Shown in pieces: positions 13,420-26,587 of a DNA stretch of 64,000 nucleotides. A program made the position numbers and the translations under genes. Origin of the DNA: Paraspadella gotoi (lineage: Eukaryota; Animalia; Chaetognatha). The stretch is taken from the NCBI GenBank assembly GCA_051294375.1, contig CM119267.1, positions 2,457,315-2,521,314 on the forward strand, in the 5' to 3' direction. The notes below the pieces were generated by a model. That model had not been told where the DNA came from. It searched no databases and saw only the letters and a list, made by a program, of their open reading frames with translations. The number at the start of each line of letters is the position of its first letter. Positions within the stretch are counted from its first letter, which is position 1.

Positions 13420-13432
13420 AGACGAAGAAGAA
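13379..13432. repeat. (GAC)n microsatellite
   Basis: Direct reading. Confidence 0.95.
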
Positions 13433-14074
13433 AATTCGGTTCTCGAAATTTGTCCTGAACCACAGAGCACAGTCATCGAAATATTTTTTTACTCGGAAAA
13501 AGGGTGGTAAATCATATGTTAATAAGCTATCGTTTAATCCGTCCAGGTGTATCACAAGAACACTGTCTTATGATATCGGGTTGTAAAAATTATTCATATC
13601 GGAGATATAAGGCTTTTCTTTTTTTGGAGCTCACTTTGTTTTGTTATTTGTTATTTTAACGATAAAAACCTAATTTTTTTTTACTCATAGTCAATAACTG
13701 GATAGTTGAATTATAAATTGAATTATAATTATAATTATAACTGAATTATAAATTGCTTGAACAGCATTTTACTGTATATAAGTTTTAAAATACTAGCCTA
13801 AAGTTTATATGGAAGCACGCGGAAGCACGGCAATTTCCACTGCATTTAATGATTCATCATGTCAGGAAGTTACCATATTTGACTTTTTGTCCGCCGTGTC
13901 CGGCACGGTTAGTTATAATCGAGTCGCTTATCCGATTCCATTCTTGATTCTAATTCCATCTGCGTTGATATTAAAAATTAATTTTCGATTTCTAGACTAA
14001 TTTTTATTCCATTTTTATAATTTTTGATTACTTGACTTTAGAATTTGTTATTTGTTCATCGTTTCCTTTGATTC

Positions 14075-14208
14075 GATTAATCAACTATCTCGCTTCTGAC
14101 TCGACAGTCGACAGGCTTTCTTTCGTCAGGCCTTCAGGCCTCCATCCCTTTTAAAAGATCCGGGAAGTTTTTAATCAAGACTCTCTCACAGTCTCCTTTT
14201 ATTAACTT
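14075..14208 (+). mobile_element. Family A element, diverged copy
   Basis: gacaggcttt..aggcctccatc..aatcaagactctctcacagtctc matches the family consensus. Confidence 0.7.
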
Positions 14209-15244
14209 CTAGAAAAACAAGTTGTCTTATTAATGAAGTTGTATAAACTGTCTCAATTGTATAAAAGGAACGATTGCTCTATTCTTATTTATTTCTCTAA
14301 CTTTCTCAAGGTTTTTAAACGTTTCGTAAGTTTTAAAATTTGAATAGATTTAAAATTACAAATTTTAAAAACTCACGAAATCTATTTTCACAAAATCTGT
14401 TCATCTTTTTAATCTCGATTCTCAAACGAAGAGGAGAAGAAAATATTCACCTTTAATTTTTAATCATCGCAAAATTTTCCTACAAATTGAATCCCGCATT
14501 TGTAAAATGCTAATCGCTCCCAACTACGAAAGAAAGAGAAGACGACGATGGCGGCGGCCGGCGGCGGCGGAAGGCGGCGGAAGTCGGTGGCGGCAGGCGG
14601 CGGCAGGCGGCGGCGGCGGCGGCCTAACGCTTTATTACCGTCTACGAGGCCCTAATTTGTCTCCTTCGGAGGAAGATCATGAACGAGCTGACGCGGGACC
14701 CTTGACAAGACAAATGAGTTAGAGAGAGAGAAGAGAAGAGAGAGAGACGAGAGAGACGAGAGGAGAGGAGAGAGAGAGAGTAGAGAGAGGAAGAGAGAGA
14801 GAGAGAGAGAGAGAGAGCAACAGGATGGAATATTGGGAAATGCATTGAGACAGCGTCTCTTTTCATCGGCGATTCGTGTTGCTGCATTTTAATCTACGCG
14901 ACGAAGAAAGCGGAGCGTGACCTGAAAGTTAGAAGGGAGGAAAGGAGGAAAAAAGGGAGGAAAGAAGGAAAGGAGAAAAGAAAGAAGGAAAGAAAGAAAG
15001 AAGGAAGGGCATGATCTGCATCCAGTCTCCACGACCTGAACGTGTGTCTCTCGCGTCGCGTCACGTGATCTCACCTAAATTACATTTTCCTTTGTTCCTT
15101 TTCTCACTTCACATTTCATGCGTGACACTCATCTCTAAAATCTGATGGAAAATACAAGCTGAGGTGATGTTGAAATGGTGTTGAAGCGTGTATATGAATT
15201 GAATTTAAATGCTTATGTTGTAGTCGGGAATTGCAATAAGTTCA

Positions 15245-15495
15245 CCCCACCTATAATCATGACACGTTCGGTGGTGACCCGATGGCTAACTGAGTAATAC
15301 CACCAGCTCATTACCATTTGGTACCGGGATCGATTGTCAAGGGTAGATCCTGCGGGAAGCCTGAGGACGGCCGTGGAGGCCGCTTTGGGGGCCTGGAAAA
15401 CCCTCAAACCCCCAACCCCGAACCCGTTCCATGACTGCTTGAGGAGGTTAAAGAAGCACTCTTCAAGTCTTTCGGCACCACTCTAGCTCCTTAGT
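15245..15495 (+). pseudogene. Possible degenerate LTR-retrotransposon gag fragment
   Basis: Across different frames, in order: DTFGGDP (~15261), EAALGAWKTL (~15376), LEEVKEALFKSFG (~15438); resembles Ty3/gypsy gag motif order; needs frameshifts. Confidence 0.35.
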
Positions 15496-16819
15496 TCCAA
15501 TATACGATTCTGTTAGAATTCTTTTTAATGCTCTAATGATTTAATGCGTCTGAACTGAAAGTGAAGTATCGACCGAACGTTGAGATTGGACACTTGGCGT
15601 TAGAAATGACGTCAACTCGCGGAATCGTCGTCGATTTTGACGGACATTAGGAATCGATTTTGATGAGGATGAGGAGGAGGAGAAAAAAGAGGAGGAGGAA
15701 GAATAGGAGAATGAGAAGGAGGAGGAGGAGAATTAGGGGAAGAACAGATAATAATTGATTAATAAGTTAAATAATAGATAATTAGGTTTCATTATTTGTA
15801 ATTAATATTATCATTTGGTGCCAGGGACAACAAGGACAAACTTAAAAACTAATTTCATTCTGAATATAAGCTGAAATGAGGAAATGGGGAAATATGGTCG
15901 AAGTCATTGTGAAAAGACATTAATGTTTTAAATTCTTAGTTGCTTCATTTTTCTCCTCCTCCTCCTCCTCCTCCTCCTCAGGAGATTAAAAAGAACATGG
16001 AATTAAAGAGGAGGAGGAAGAGGAGGAGGAGGAGGAGAAGGAGGAGGAGGGTGAAAAAAGGTCAGGAGGGGCTGAGAAATTAGCGAGGCGCCAAAAGGAA
16101 AAAAAAAGAGGAAAAGAGAGAAAAAAAATAGAAAAACAGACAAGAGAAAGAAAAATAATTGGGAAAGAAAAAAAAAAGAAAAAAAAATCATAAAGTTTAA
16201 TTAAGAAATAAAATCATAGAAAAAAGAAAAAAAAATTGGGAAAAGGAAAATTATTAAAAGAAGAAAAAAAATTAGAAAGAAAAAAAAACATCTGAGGAAA
16301 CAATTAGAAGAAACAAGTTGGCCTTTGCCTTGTTGAGAGAGGAAATAAAGAAAGGGAAAAGANNNNNNNNNNNNNNNNNNNNNNNNNNNNNNNNNNNNNN
16401 NNNNNNNNNNNNNNNNNNNNNNNNNNNNNNNNNNNNNNNNNNNNNNNNNNNNNNNNNNNNNNNNNNNNNNNNNNNNNNNNNNNNNNNNNNNNNNNNNNNN
16501 NNNNNNNNNNNNNNNNNNNNNNNNNNNNNNNNNNNNNNNNNNNNNNNNNNNNNNNNNNNNNNNNNNNNNNNNNNNNNNNNNNNNNNNNNNNNNNNNNNNN
16601 NNNNNNNNNNNNNNNNNNNNNNNNNNNNNNNNNNNNNNNNNNNNNNNNNGTTACTTAAATCATGTCAGAACATCGAATTATGATAAATTTTGATAAATTA
16701 GGCCAAAAAAAACCGATGTCCGTCCGTCCGACTGACTGTCTGTCTTTCTGTTTTTTACGATCCTATGTTTTGATAATATATTAAACAAAAATTTATAGGA
16801 CTTTATAGGTGATTTGCAT

Positions 16820-16855
<36 letters not shown>

Positions 16856-17435
16856 NNNNNNNNNNNNNNNNNNNNNNNNNNNNNNNNNNNNNNNNNNNNN
16901 NNNNNNNNNNNNNNNNNNNNNNNNNNNNNNNNNNNNNNNNNNNNNNNNNNNNNNNNNNNNNNNNNNNNNNNNNNNNNNNNNNNNNNNNNNNNNNNNNNNN
17001 NNNNNNNNNNNNNNNNNNNNNNNNNNNNNNNNNNNNNNNNNNNNNNNNNNNNNNNNNNNNNNNNNNNNNNNNNNNNNNNNNNNNNNNNNNNNNNNNNNNN
17101 NNNNNNNNNNNNNNNNNNNNNNNNNNNNNNNNNNNNNNNNNNNNNNNNNNNNNNNNNNNNNNNNNNNNNNNNNNNNNNNNNNNNNNNNNNNNNNNNNNNN
17201 NNNNNNNNNNNNNNNNNNNNNNNNNNNNNNNNNNNNNNNNNNNNNNGAGAGAGAGAGAGAAAGAGTGTGTGTGACGAGGGTCGAATAAAAACGACCACAA
17301 AATGGAGACAAAAAATATGAAGAAGAAAAAATAAAAAAAATAAATAAAAGAAAAAAGAGGAGTTTCTTTGGGAAGGAATTTATGAGGCTTTTGAAAGAGA
17401 CTTAAAAGAGACTTATTCATCGCCTTTGATGCAAG

Positions 17436-17668
17436 GACATCAACATCATCTTCAACATCAACATCATCATCATCATCATCATCAGCATCATCATCATCTT
17501 CAACATCATCATCTTCATCATCCTCAACATCATCTTCAACATCATCTTCAACATCACCATCTTCGACATCATAAGCATTTTCAACGTCATCATCATCATN
17601 NNNNNNNNNCATCATCATCTTCAACGCCATTATCATCTTCATCATCATTATCATCATTGTCATCATCT
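17436..17668. repeat. Degenerate (CAT)n tract with CATCATCTTCAA sub-repeat
   Basis: Direct reading; contains a 10-N gap. Confidence 0.93.
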
Positions 17669-18035
17669 TTGCCTCTCAAAACCTGGAAACGATTTTCGAT
17701 TCTGTTTTTGAGGATCAAATATTTTGCAGACCGCCCTCGATGCCCTAGATACAGTCAATGCGGTTGTTGTCAATACTAATAGTAATAGTAATAGTGTTGT
17801 TTTTGCCGTCAATTCTTTTAATGATAATTTTCTTCCGGTAACAATCCAATACGAAAGTTAAAAGAATAATCGTTTCATCATAATTTAAAAGAATATTTTT
17901 TTTAAATTTAAAAAATAAATAAATAATTACATTTTTCACTCAGTATTATAAATAATATAGGGAGTGTTCTTTTCTTACAATTGAAACTTTTTTTGATATA
18001 TTATATCCCTTTATTGATAGGGAAGCCAGGTACTC

Positions 18036-18218
18036 TGGGAGTGAATAAACGAGACTGTGAGAGAGTCTTGATTGAAAGCTTGCAGGGACCTGCTATGTTA
18101 ATATCTTGTAAGAGTGATGGAGGCCTTAAACCACCAAAGCCTGTCGAAAGTCAGGAGCAAGATAGCTTATTTATTAAATGAATGGATAATTTTTATATTG
18201 GTCGTACCAATTTCATAA
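18036..18218 (-). mobile_element. Family A element, full-length copy in reverse orientation
   Basis: Reverse complement aligns end to end with 20131-20313 (tgggagtgaataaacgagactgtgagaga ... tattggtcgtaccaatttcataa). Confidence 0.88.
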
Positions 18219-18300
18219 GAGTTCGACATTCGAATTTAAAGTATAGCTTCCTTTAATATATTTGAAGGGTATTGTCGTCTTCTAGAAATAGAAAGATGTA

Positions 18301-18331
<31 letters not shown>

Positions 18332-18606
18332 CTCTTTCTTTTCTCTCTCTCTCTCTCCTCTCTCTCTGCTCTCTCTCTCTCTCTCTCTCTCTCTCTCGAC
18401 CTCCCTTCCAATTTCTTTTTCTCCCAATCCATATGAAACCCAGAGACACTTTTTTTCCATCGCTGATGCGGAGTAAATCTTTTATGCTCACTGGGAGAAG
18501 GAAATTATAGTAATTCATAGCCTGACTTGTTGCTCTTTATTTTCCTTACTCTCCTTTCTCACTCTCTCTCTTCTCTCTCCTCTCTCTCTCTCTTCCTCCC
18601 TCTCCT

Positions 18607-18639
<33 letters not shown>

Positions 18640-19704
18640 TTCTCCTTCTTTCCTCTCTTTTCTCTCTCTCTCTCTTGAATTTTAATAAGAACAGAAAGGA
18701 ACGAGGTAAAGTCTAAAAATTATTCACTAAGAGAAAAATAGAGAAACAGAAAATATTTATTTGTGATTGTTGTATTCAGAATCATGACGTAAAAAAATTT
18801 ACACTGCGGCGCAAAATAAAGAAGACACTTGTTAGCTCTATTTCTTTTTTAATTTAGGAAAAATATTTATAAAAAGTAATGCTTTTTTAAAAAGCTATCG
18901 ATTGGTGCAAAAAAAAAATTAATTGGTTCAGGCAGTAGAATACAACAAATATTTTAAAGTCAGAATCTGAAAACGGAATTGGGAAAAAATGATTTTTGAA
19001 GTTTAAGTTGATGATACTTCTTTTTCTGACTGATAATAAAGTATTATTTTTCTATATAGTTTCCTTACTTATTTTAATTAGATTAGGGTCAAAAATGGTT
19101 GACACCTATCCCTACAAATATTCTATGCTGAGTTTGTTCAGCTAAATTCTTATTATAAACATTTTATAATAGTAAAAAGTTATTGACTCTTGTTGACTAA
19201 AAAAAAATTAATTTCTTTTTTCTCGATTTTTTGTCCCAATCGACGTCCTCTAACATTCGACCGCTTTGCTCGATTTTATTGGTACTGGGACCAATTGCTT
19301 TATCTTTCAATTAGCTTTGTTTCATGCTTCAATGTCTTTGTAGAATTCAGCCATCCAATACGGTTTTTCCGATTTTAAAAAGTGTCTTCTTTTTTTGAGT
19401 CACTGTGTGCCTAGCGATCTTATCAAAAGAGAAAACATTGTTATATTAATTATTATTGTTGTTTCAAGTTTTCTACTTCACCAACCTTTTTTGAAATCCA
19501 GGAAAATTCTAAAGGATTTCAATTTTTTATCTTTTTTTTTCCGTTTTTCTTTTTTCCTTAAAATTTTATCGAGTTTTTTGGTTTTAATAAATTTTTAATG
19601 CTGCGTTTCTCTCTCTACTTTCCTCTGGGCTTTTTCTCTCCTTGTGGCAAAAATAAAGCAGGGTGGATTATGGAGATCTTGCATAATTAAGATGTAAAAA
19701 GGGA

Positions 19705-19763
<59 letters not shown>

Positions 19764-20130
19764 GAGACAGTCAGGAAGATAAGGAGCAAGAGGAAATAAA
19801 CTATTGGACAACTATTAGTATTCAGACTCTGAGATGATCTGAGTGATTTACCGACGATGTTGTGGGTGTTTCTACCGACAAAGTGACTCCGTGATAAGCT
19901 GATCCGGCTAAAAATATTGGATAATTGATAACTAATCAGAGGAAATTTGAAGGTGACTTCGTTTCATTGACACAAAGGTCACGTGACTACACGAAATTTA
20001 AAACATCTGGTTGTGCACTTATTTGTCTCAGTATTAACTGAAACAACTTACAACGCATTAACTTTCTGACCCGCGATTCCAAATGACCAACCGACCAAGG
20101 CGGAATAATTAACTGAAATACTTAATCATT

Positions 20131-20313
20131 TTATGAAATTGGTACGACCAATATAAAAATGATCCATTCATTTAATAAATAAGCTATCTTGCCCCTGACT
20201 TTGGACAGGCTTTGGTGGTTTAAGGCCTCCATCACTCTTACGTGATAATGACATTGCAGGTCCCTGCCAGTTTTCAATCAATAATCTCTCACAGTCTCGT
20301 TTATTCACTCCCA
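20131..20313 (+). mobile_element. Family A element, full-length copy
   Basis: ttatgaaattggtacgaccaatat ... ctctcacagtctcgtttattcactccca; terminal hairpin attggt-acg-accaat. Confidence 0.88.
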
Positions 20314-20391
20314 CTCCCACTAATTCTTCGAGTGCAAATGTTTCATACTTGTGTAGTCACACGATAACATAGAAGTAAGGTCACCTTGTCA

Positions 20392-20511
<120 letters not shown>

Positions 20512-21578
20512 GTGTGAAACCAAGATAGTGAGAGAGCGAGAGTTAAAATCGTGAGAGTGAAAACGATAAGCGATTAAAAATAAAATTATGCATTCATTCT
20601 CTTCACTTCACTTCTTTCACGAGCAACTTAATACGCATACATAATTATGACTTTCAACTTAAATGTTTTATTAAATAGATTAAAGAGAGAAAATAAAGGA
20701 CTTAGAGAGAGAAAGGGAGAAAGACGTAAAGAAAAACAAGAAGGAGAGAGGGAGAAAAAGGCAGAAAGAGAGAGATTAGAGAGAGAGAGAGAGAGAGAGC
20801 TGAACCAAAGAGATGCGAGAGAGAGAGAGAGAGTGAGAGTGAGAGTGAGAGAGAGTCTTGCGATAAACCGATTTCTGGTCAGGGAGACGAATGAGTTTTG
20901 GTTGGGGGAAAACTCTTATCTCGATTCTCCTTTTCGAGATTCGAAAAATCACGTTTCGCTTATCATTTTTTACCGAATCTCTGCTCATTTAAATGAAGAG
21001 AGACAGACGTAGGAGAGAGATAGAGAGCGAGAGCTTTTTCTTTTCTTTTCTTCATTATTATCAAAACCAATATTAACAAACGTAGTAATGGTTCAAAAAA
21101 GGATTGTAAAATGCATAACGAATAATAATTAAGTATGGAATCATCTTCTTTCGTTAACAGCCAATCGACAAGAACCAAATGATTAAATTAAACTGAGCGA
21201 AAGCAAATAATTTTGAGATTATGAAATTGGTACAACCAATATGTTAGCAAAGATTCCTAACAAATCTATCTTTTATCATCTCGTTACTACGTATAAAAAT
21301 TATCGCAAATTATACTTTACAAAACCGAACGGTATGTGCATTAAATTTAAAAAAACAAAACGAAAAATCTGGAAAAAAAAAAGCAGTTGATGGCAAAAAG
21401 AAAAATGTCTTTTCTGTTGTGTAATCGAGTTTGCATCATTAGCGTTACTGGCTGCCGACGGGGACATCGTTCTCGTCGTCGTCGTCATGGTTGTCGTTGT
21501 CGTCGTTGTCTATCGATGGGTAAAAACATTAGAGGCGCAAAGAAAAACATTACTAAACATAAAAATCAGACGGGCATG

Positions 21579-21613
<35 letters not shown>

Positions 21614-21654
21614 CGTCGACTGTTGGAGGCGAAATATTCAAGATTTCTTACAGG

Positions 21655-21835
21655 TTTTTAGTTGCTCCGCGAGTGCTCGCGGAGCAACTCTATAAGTCAC
21701 TTTTCGGTTCGGTCGGCGGTCGTCGGTCGGTTGGTCGTGGTTCGTCCGTCGTTGTCCAGTCCCACTTACGTTTAAAACGCTTATAACTTGCCTATAGTTT
21801 GTTGCTCATTTTGTTAAAAAAACAAATCTAAGCGG
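21655..21835 (+). mobile_element. HINE/DINE-1-like element (family B), best-preserved palindrome head
   Basis: ttttt + agttgctccgcgag-tg-ctcgcggagcaact (14-bp stem, 21660-21689) + ctataagtcacttttcgg + (GTCG)n + ataacttgcctatagtt. Confidence 0.8.
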
Positions 21836-22100
21836 ACTACTGGCGCCGCCTTTTTTTTTAAAGAATCTTTAAAAACTATAACGAATAAATGATATGATAA
21901 TAAAAGAAAAGTAATGCGGCGCGCAACACTGTTGAATAACCGTTCTTCTTCTTTTGAGATGTTCTGTGATGAGTCGGTCGGCCTAATATATTTTGGTGTA
22001 AATCTTTTTAGAACACGTCAGAATATCAATATATCTGCCAAGTAGACTCTTCATGATATTGTTCGAAAGTCTACTCGGTATGAAATGTGCCCACTACTAT

Positions 22101-22232
22101 AATTATCCCTTCATTAATAAATTAAGCTATTCTTGCCCCTGACTGATAATCTCATCATACTTACAAGATATGAGCTAGCAGGACCTCTGCAAGCTTTCAA
22201 TCAAGCTTCTCACAGTCTGCTTATTTCACTTT
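22101..22232 (+). mobile_element. Family A element, internally deleted copy
   Basis: taagctat(t)cttgcccctgact..cttacaagata..gcaagctttcaatcaag..ctcacagtct. Confidence 0.78.
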
Positions 22233-22249
22233 TATTCTAACTTTAACAT

Positions 22250-23990
22250 ATTATGAACTTAATTTATTTTAGTTTAGTCGATCGAATTAAAGAATAAAAA
22301 ATGACAACGGAATTTTAGGTAACGACAACAAAAATATAACAACAACCTGCATCAGAGAAGATAAGAACAACGACACGAAGAAGCTTAACCACGAGAAATC
22401 AAGTCATAGAAATTCATTTCGTTTCTTTTTCGGATTAAAGGGGACGAAATCTTATCATCGCTGCACGGACGACGATGCGTACGATGACGACGAAAACGAC
22501 GACGATGACGACGGAAAAACGCACCGACGCACGCATGACCGACGAAACCGACGACCAACGGATGGACGCAGAAAACGACGGACCTGACGATGATGCCCGA
22601 CGAAAACGGGGACGACGATGACGACAACCGATGACGACGAAAAACGACGACCGAATCGATTCGATACGACCCGGAAAACGACCCCGACCCGCATGACGAC
22701 GAAACGACGACGACGATGACGCCATCGAAAGGAATGATTACGCATTTACGAGCTTTGTGGTTTCGTTTTGGTTAAAAGGCTTTTTTTTTTTGGCCAGAAG
22801 CTTAATTTGGGAGTTCGAAAGCAATAAATAAAACATTTTAATAAAATAAATAAAAAAACACAGACGCCCAGCTGGGGCTCAAAAGTGTATTACATAATAG
22901 TTTTTTGTATTCCCGAATTTCAGCCTAATCTTGTTTCCTTTTTTTATTCCAAAAAATTGATTTGCCCCCTTCAACCAAGACAACATAATTCATGCGATTT
23001 TTCCCATTTTGTTTCCCAACAAAATTTAGGGTCATAAGGCCCGGTAAATAGACAGTCAGGGAATTTTTCGGGAGTTAAAGAAGTGATGTGGCCAGGATAT
23101 TCATTCGCCTCCGAATGGAGAATTGTCAGCCAGCACATGAAGTTTTTCCTGTGTACCCAAAGAAACATAAAAGGGGGAAAATCTGTCTTAAACAAATGAG
23201 CAACAATATAAACAACATATTATATTCATTTTTACCCGTAGAATTGGGATGCGGACCGACGAGACCGACGACCGGACCGAAAGGTGACTATTAATAGACG
23301 TCCTGCTGTCGGTTTAGTTACTCGCGGCGCGACTAAAACCTTGTTGAGAAGCCTCTCATGTCTTTCGTCTTTTGTGTGAATGTCGTTCCTTTTCGCCGCA
23401 CGAGATGAGGCCCAACACATTCAGTCATATCCCTTATCTTCTCTCCTNNNNNNNNNNNNNNNNNNNNNNNNNTCAATTATGAACTTAATTTATTTAGTAT
23501 TAGTCGATCGAATTAAAGAATAAAAAATGACAACGACTTTTTAGGTAACGACAACAAAAATATAACAACAACTCCTGCATCAGAGAAGATAAGAACAACG
23601 ACAAGGAAGAAGCTTAACCCACGAAGATCAAGTCATAGATAATTCATTCCGTTTTCTTTTTCGGATTAAAGGGGACGAAATCCTTTATCATCGCTGACGA
23701 CGACGACGACGACGACGATGATGACGACAAAACGACGACGACGATGATGACGACGAAAACGACGACGATGACGACGAAAACAACGACGACGATGACGACG
23801 AAAGCGACGACGATAACGACGAAAGATGATACGCATTTACAGCTTGTGTTTCGTTTGGTAAAGCTTTTTTTTTTGCCAGAAGAAATTGAGTTCGAACAGT
23901 AAATAAACATATAAATAAATAAATAAATACACAACGCCAGTGGCAAAAGTGATTAAAATATTCTTGTATTACCCGGGTTAAGTTAACTTT
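22250..23990. repeat. Direct duplication ~22250-22900 vs ~23478-23990, split by a 25-N gap
   Basis: Shared ttatgaacttaatttattt..agtcgatcgaattaaagaataaaaaatgacaacg..ctgcatcagagaagataagaacaacgac; the left copy is insertion-rich. Confidence 0.88.
23245..23338 (-). mobile_element. Family B element, partial reverse copy
   Basis: (ccga)n..gaaaggtgacta..actcgcggcgcgactaaaa is the reverse complement of the family head. Confidence 0.7.
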
Positions 23991-24767
23991 TTTCTTTTTT
24001 ATTCAAAAATTATTGCTTCACAANNNNNNNNNNNNNNNNNNNNNNNNNAACGGCTTAGGTAAGGGAAAGGAGGAAGTGAGGGAAAGAAAATGAAGAGGGA
24101 GAGGAAGGGCGATAGAGGAAGTAGGAAAAGGATAGAAGGCATAGAAGAGGGAGGAATGCGGCACGGAGAGAAGAAAAGGAAGGGAGAGGAAAAGAAGGAA
24201 GTGAGCGTGGAAGAAATAATGAAGGAAGGGGGGGAGAAAGGGTCGTGAGAGAAGAGGAAAAAGGTAGGATAACAGAGGAAGCTGCGCACGGAGTAAAGCA
24301 GGAAAGCTGGGTTAGTAAGGGCGGAGAGGAAAAAAGAAAAGGGAAAAAGAGGGCGGAGGAAAGTGGAAGAGGAAAAGGAAAAGAAGGAAAGGAGGAAGGC
24401 ATGAAGAAGATGAAAGAAGGGAGAAAGTAAGACAGCGGATTGTAAAGTAAGGAAAGGAAAGGTGGAAAGAGAAAAAGGAGAAAGATGGAAGTGGAGGGAG
24501 GAAGGAAGGAAAGGAGGAAATTGATGGAAAGGAATAAATAGGGCAAAATAATTAAATCGATGGAGGAAAACGAAATATTTTAATAAAGAAGAAAATACGA
24601 AAGAAGAAGAAGAAAGAAAGAATGAAGAAGAAAGAAGGGGACAGGAAAAGTAAAAAACACCAAGGATAGAAGAAAAAGAAAAGGAGAGAAAGGGAGGAAA
24701 GAAAGAACCTAAGGTTAATTAAAGATAAAACAGTTTGAGCCAAAACAATGTCGGATCTGGCCTACGA

Positions 24768-24935
24768 TAATTAAATTTAATTAATTAATTAATAGATTTA
24801 ACTTAATTAATAATTAATAGCATTAAATTAATTAATAATTACATTAATTAATTAACTTTAATTAATTAATCTAGAATTAATTAGATTAATCACATTAAAT
24901 TAATTTACATTATAGATTTAATTATTAATTTATAT
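24768..24935. repeat. Nearly pure A/T tract rich in TTAATTAA/TAAT
   Basis: Multiple overlapping TTAATTAA palindromes. Confidence 0.9.
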
Positions 24936-25467
24936 TCAGCTGTCATCATCGATTGTCCTATAAAATTGTAGTCAGACAAGTTAATTAAATGTATTTTTTA
25001 CATTTTATCAAAAATTACAAACAAATTATCCTCGTATTATGCGAGACACAGGCGGGCAAAGCCCTCCTGTCTAGATTTTTGAGTGGCGGTTTAGCTTTAT
25101 CGATCTCGCACTTTTTTCAAATCATGGCTTCTGGAAAATGTGATAGTCATAGGAGTTGAATTTTCATTATGATGGCTGATCTAACATCAGTCCATAGAAT
25201 TCTTTAAATTCTCATGTTTTCATATCAATATTCGTATTTGTTATGTTTTATTTAAAAACAAAAACTTTTTAATTATTTGTCGCTCTCGCTCTCTCTCTTT
25301 TTCTTCCGTCACTGTTCTTCTGAGTGTCTGAAAACGAGGTTATTGCCGGCACTCGTGCAGCTCTCCGTCCAGCTTCTTTCTCTCTCTCTCTCTCTCTCTC
25401 TCTCATCTCTCTCTCGTTTTTTTTTTTACAAAAAATTTTTTAAAATAATGTGGGAGTTCAGCTAATG

Positions 25468-25560
25468 TAAAAAACGATGCGCGTGAACAGGGCGCGAACC
25501 CGCGGTCCTTTGCGGGGTAGAGAAAGCTGCACGCTACGTGCGGGCGCCATATTAGTACGC
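25468..25560 (-). pseudogene. Degenerate tRNA-like sequence (tRNA pseudogene or SINE head)
   Basis: Minus strand: tg-gcgc-ccgcacgta-gcgt (D-arm-like), aaggacc, gcggg-ttcgcgc-cctgt (T-arm, B-box with 1 mismatch), then a T6 run; acceptor and anticodon arms do not fold cleanly. Confidence 0.45.
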
Positions 25561-26469
25561 TGATCCTTTAACGAGCTAAAGGGGCTGTGGAGCTTCTCTC
25601 TCTCCTCTCTCTCTCTTTTAATTATATATTATATCGCCTCTTTCTCTTTTCTCTGTCAGCGTCTGTCACTCTATCTCTCCCTCTTTCCTCCCACTCTTCC
25701 TCTTTCCTTCCTTTCCTCTCCCTCTTCCGTCCGTCCTCCCTCACTTCTTCTTTCCTCCCTTCTTTCTTCTTCTTCCTCCTTCCTCCCTCACTTCCTCTTT
25801 CCTCTTTTTCCTTTTCCTCCCAAACCTTCCTCTTTTCCTCCCCCTCTTCAGTCCTTCCTCCCTCTCTTCCTCTTTCCTCTCTCTCTTCTTCATCTAGCGG
25901 TCGCCTCGGTTGTCTAGTCACGATTTTGACATTTCCATGATGAGGAAGAAATGGAAGCGCGTGAGAGAGAGGGGAGGAGACTCGGGGTGTCGACCAAGCA
26001 GTAGCGTTGGAGTGGTTGGGGCTGGATGGGAGGTGCTGGGGTGGTCGTGAGTGGCAGCCAGGTGGTGGCGCAGTCAGGAGTGGCTGTGTGAAAAGTTTGA
26101 AACCGAGTTCACTGGAAGAGTGAAAACGACTCTTGATGACCGTGAGGAATCACCATCACTGGTGAGAAACACAAGAACTGACTCATTCTGAGTGAAACGT
26201 GAAACTGGACAGATTCGCGTGAAATGGCGTGAAGGGATGCGACGAACCAATGCGACGTTAGTTACAGTGAGTGAAGGATTTGAAGAAATTTGAAATAAAA
26301 CAGAGAAATTAAAGGAAAAATAGATAAAAACAGAAAAAAGGATAGAAAGAAAATTAAAAAGAAAAAAGAAAAATGATGAAAAAAGGAAAAACTTAAAAAG
26401 AAAAAAAAATGAAAGAAAGATCTAGTAAAAGAAAGAAAGAAAGATCTAAAAAAATGAAAAACGGTAGAA

Positions 26470-26491
26470 GGAAAAAAAGAAATAGACAAAA

Positions 26492-26583
<92 letters not shown>

Positions 26584-26587
26584 AAAA
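26470..26587. repeat. (GAAA)n microsatellite
   Basis: Perfect tetranucleotide run. Confidence 0.97.

Noticed and set aside
15360-15390. ctgagga-cggcc-gtgga-ggccg hairpin as a hammerhead
   Set aside because: Followed by cttt rather than the required GAAA.
19978-19987. Perfect GTCACGTGAC (E-box/CLEAR) palindrome
   Set aside because: A single short motif with no linked gene or promoter context.
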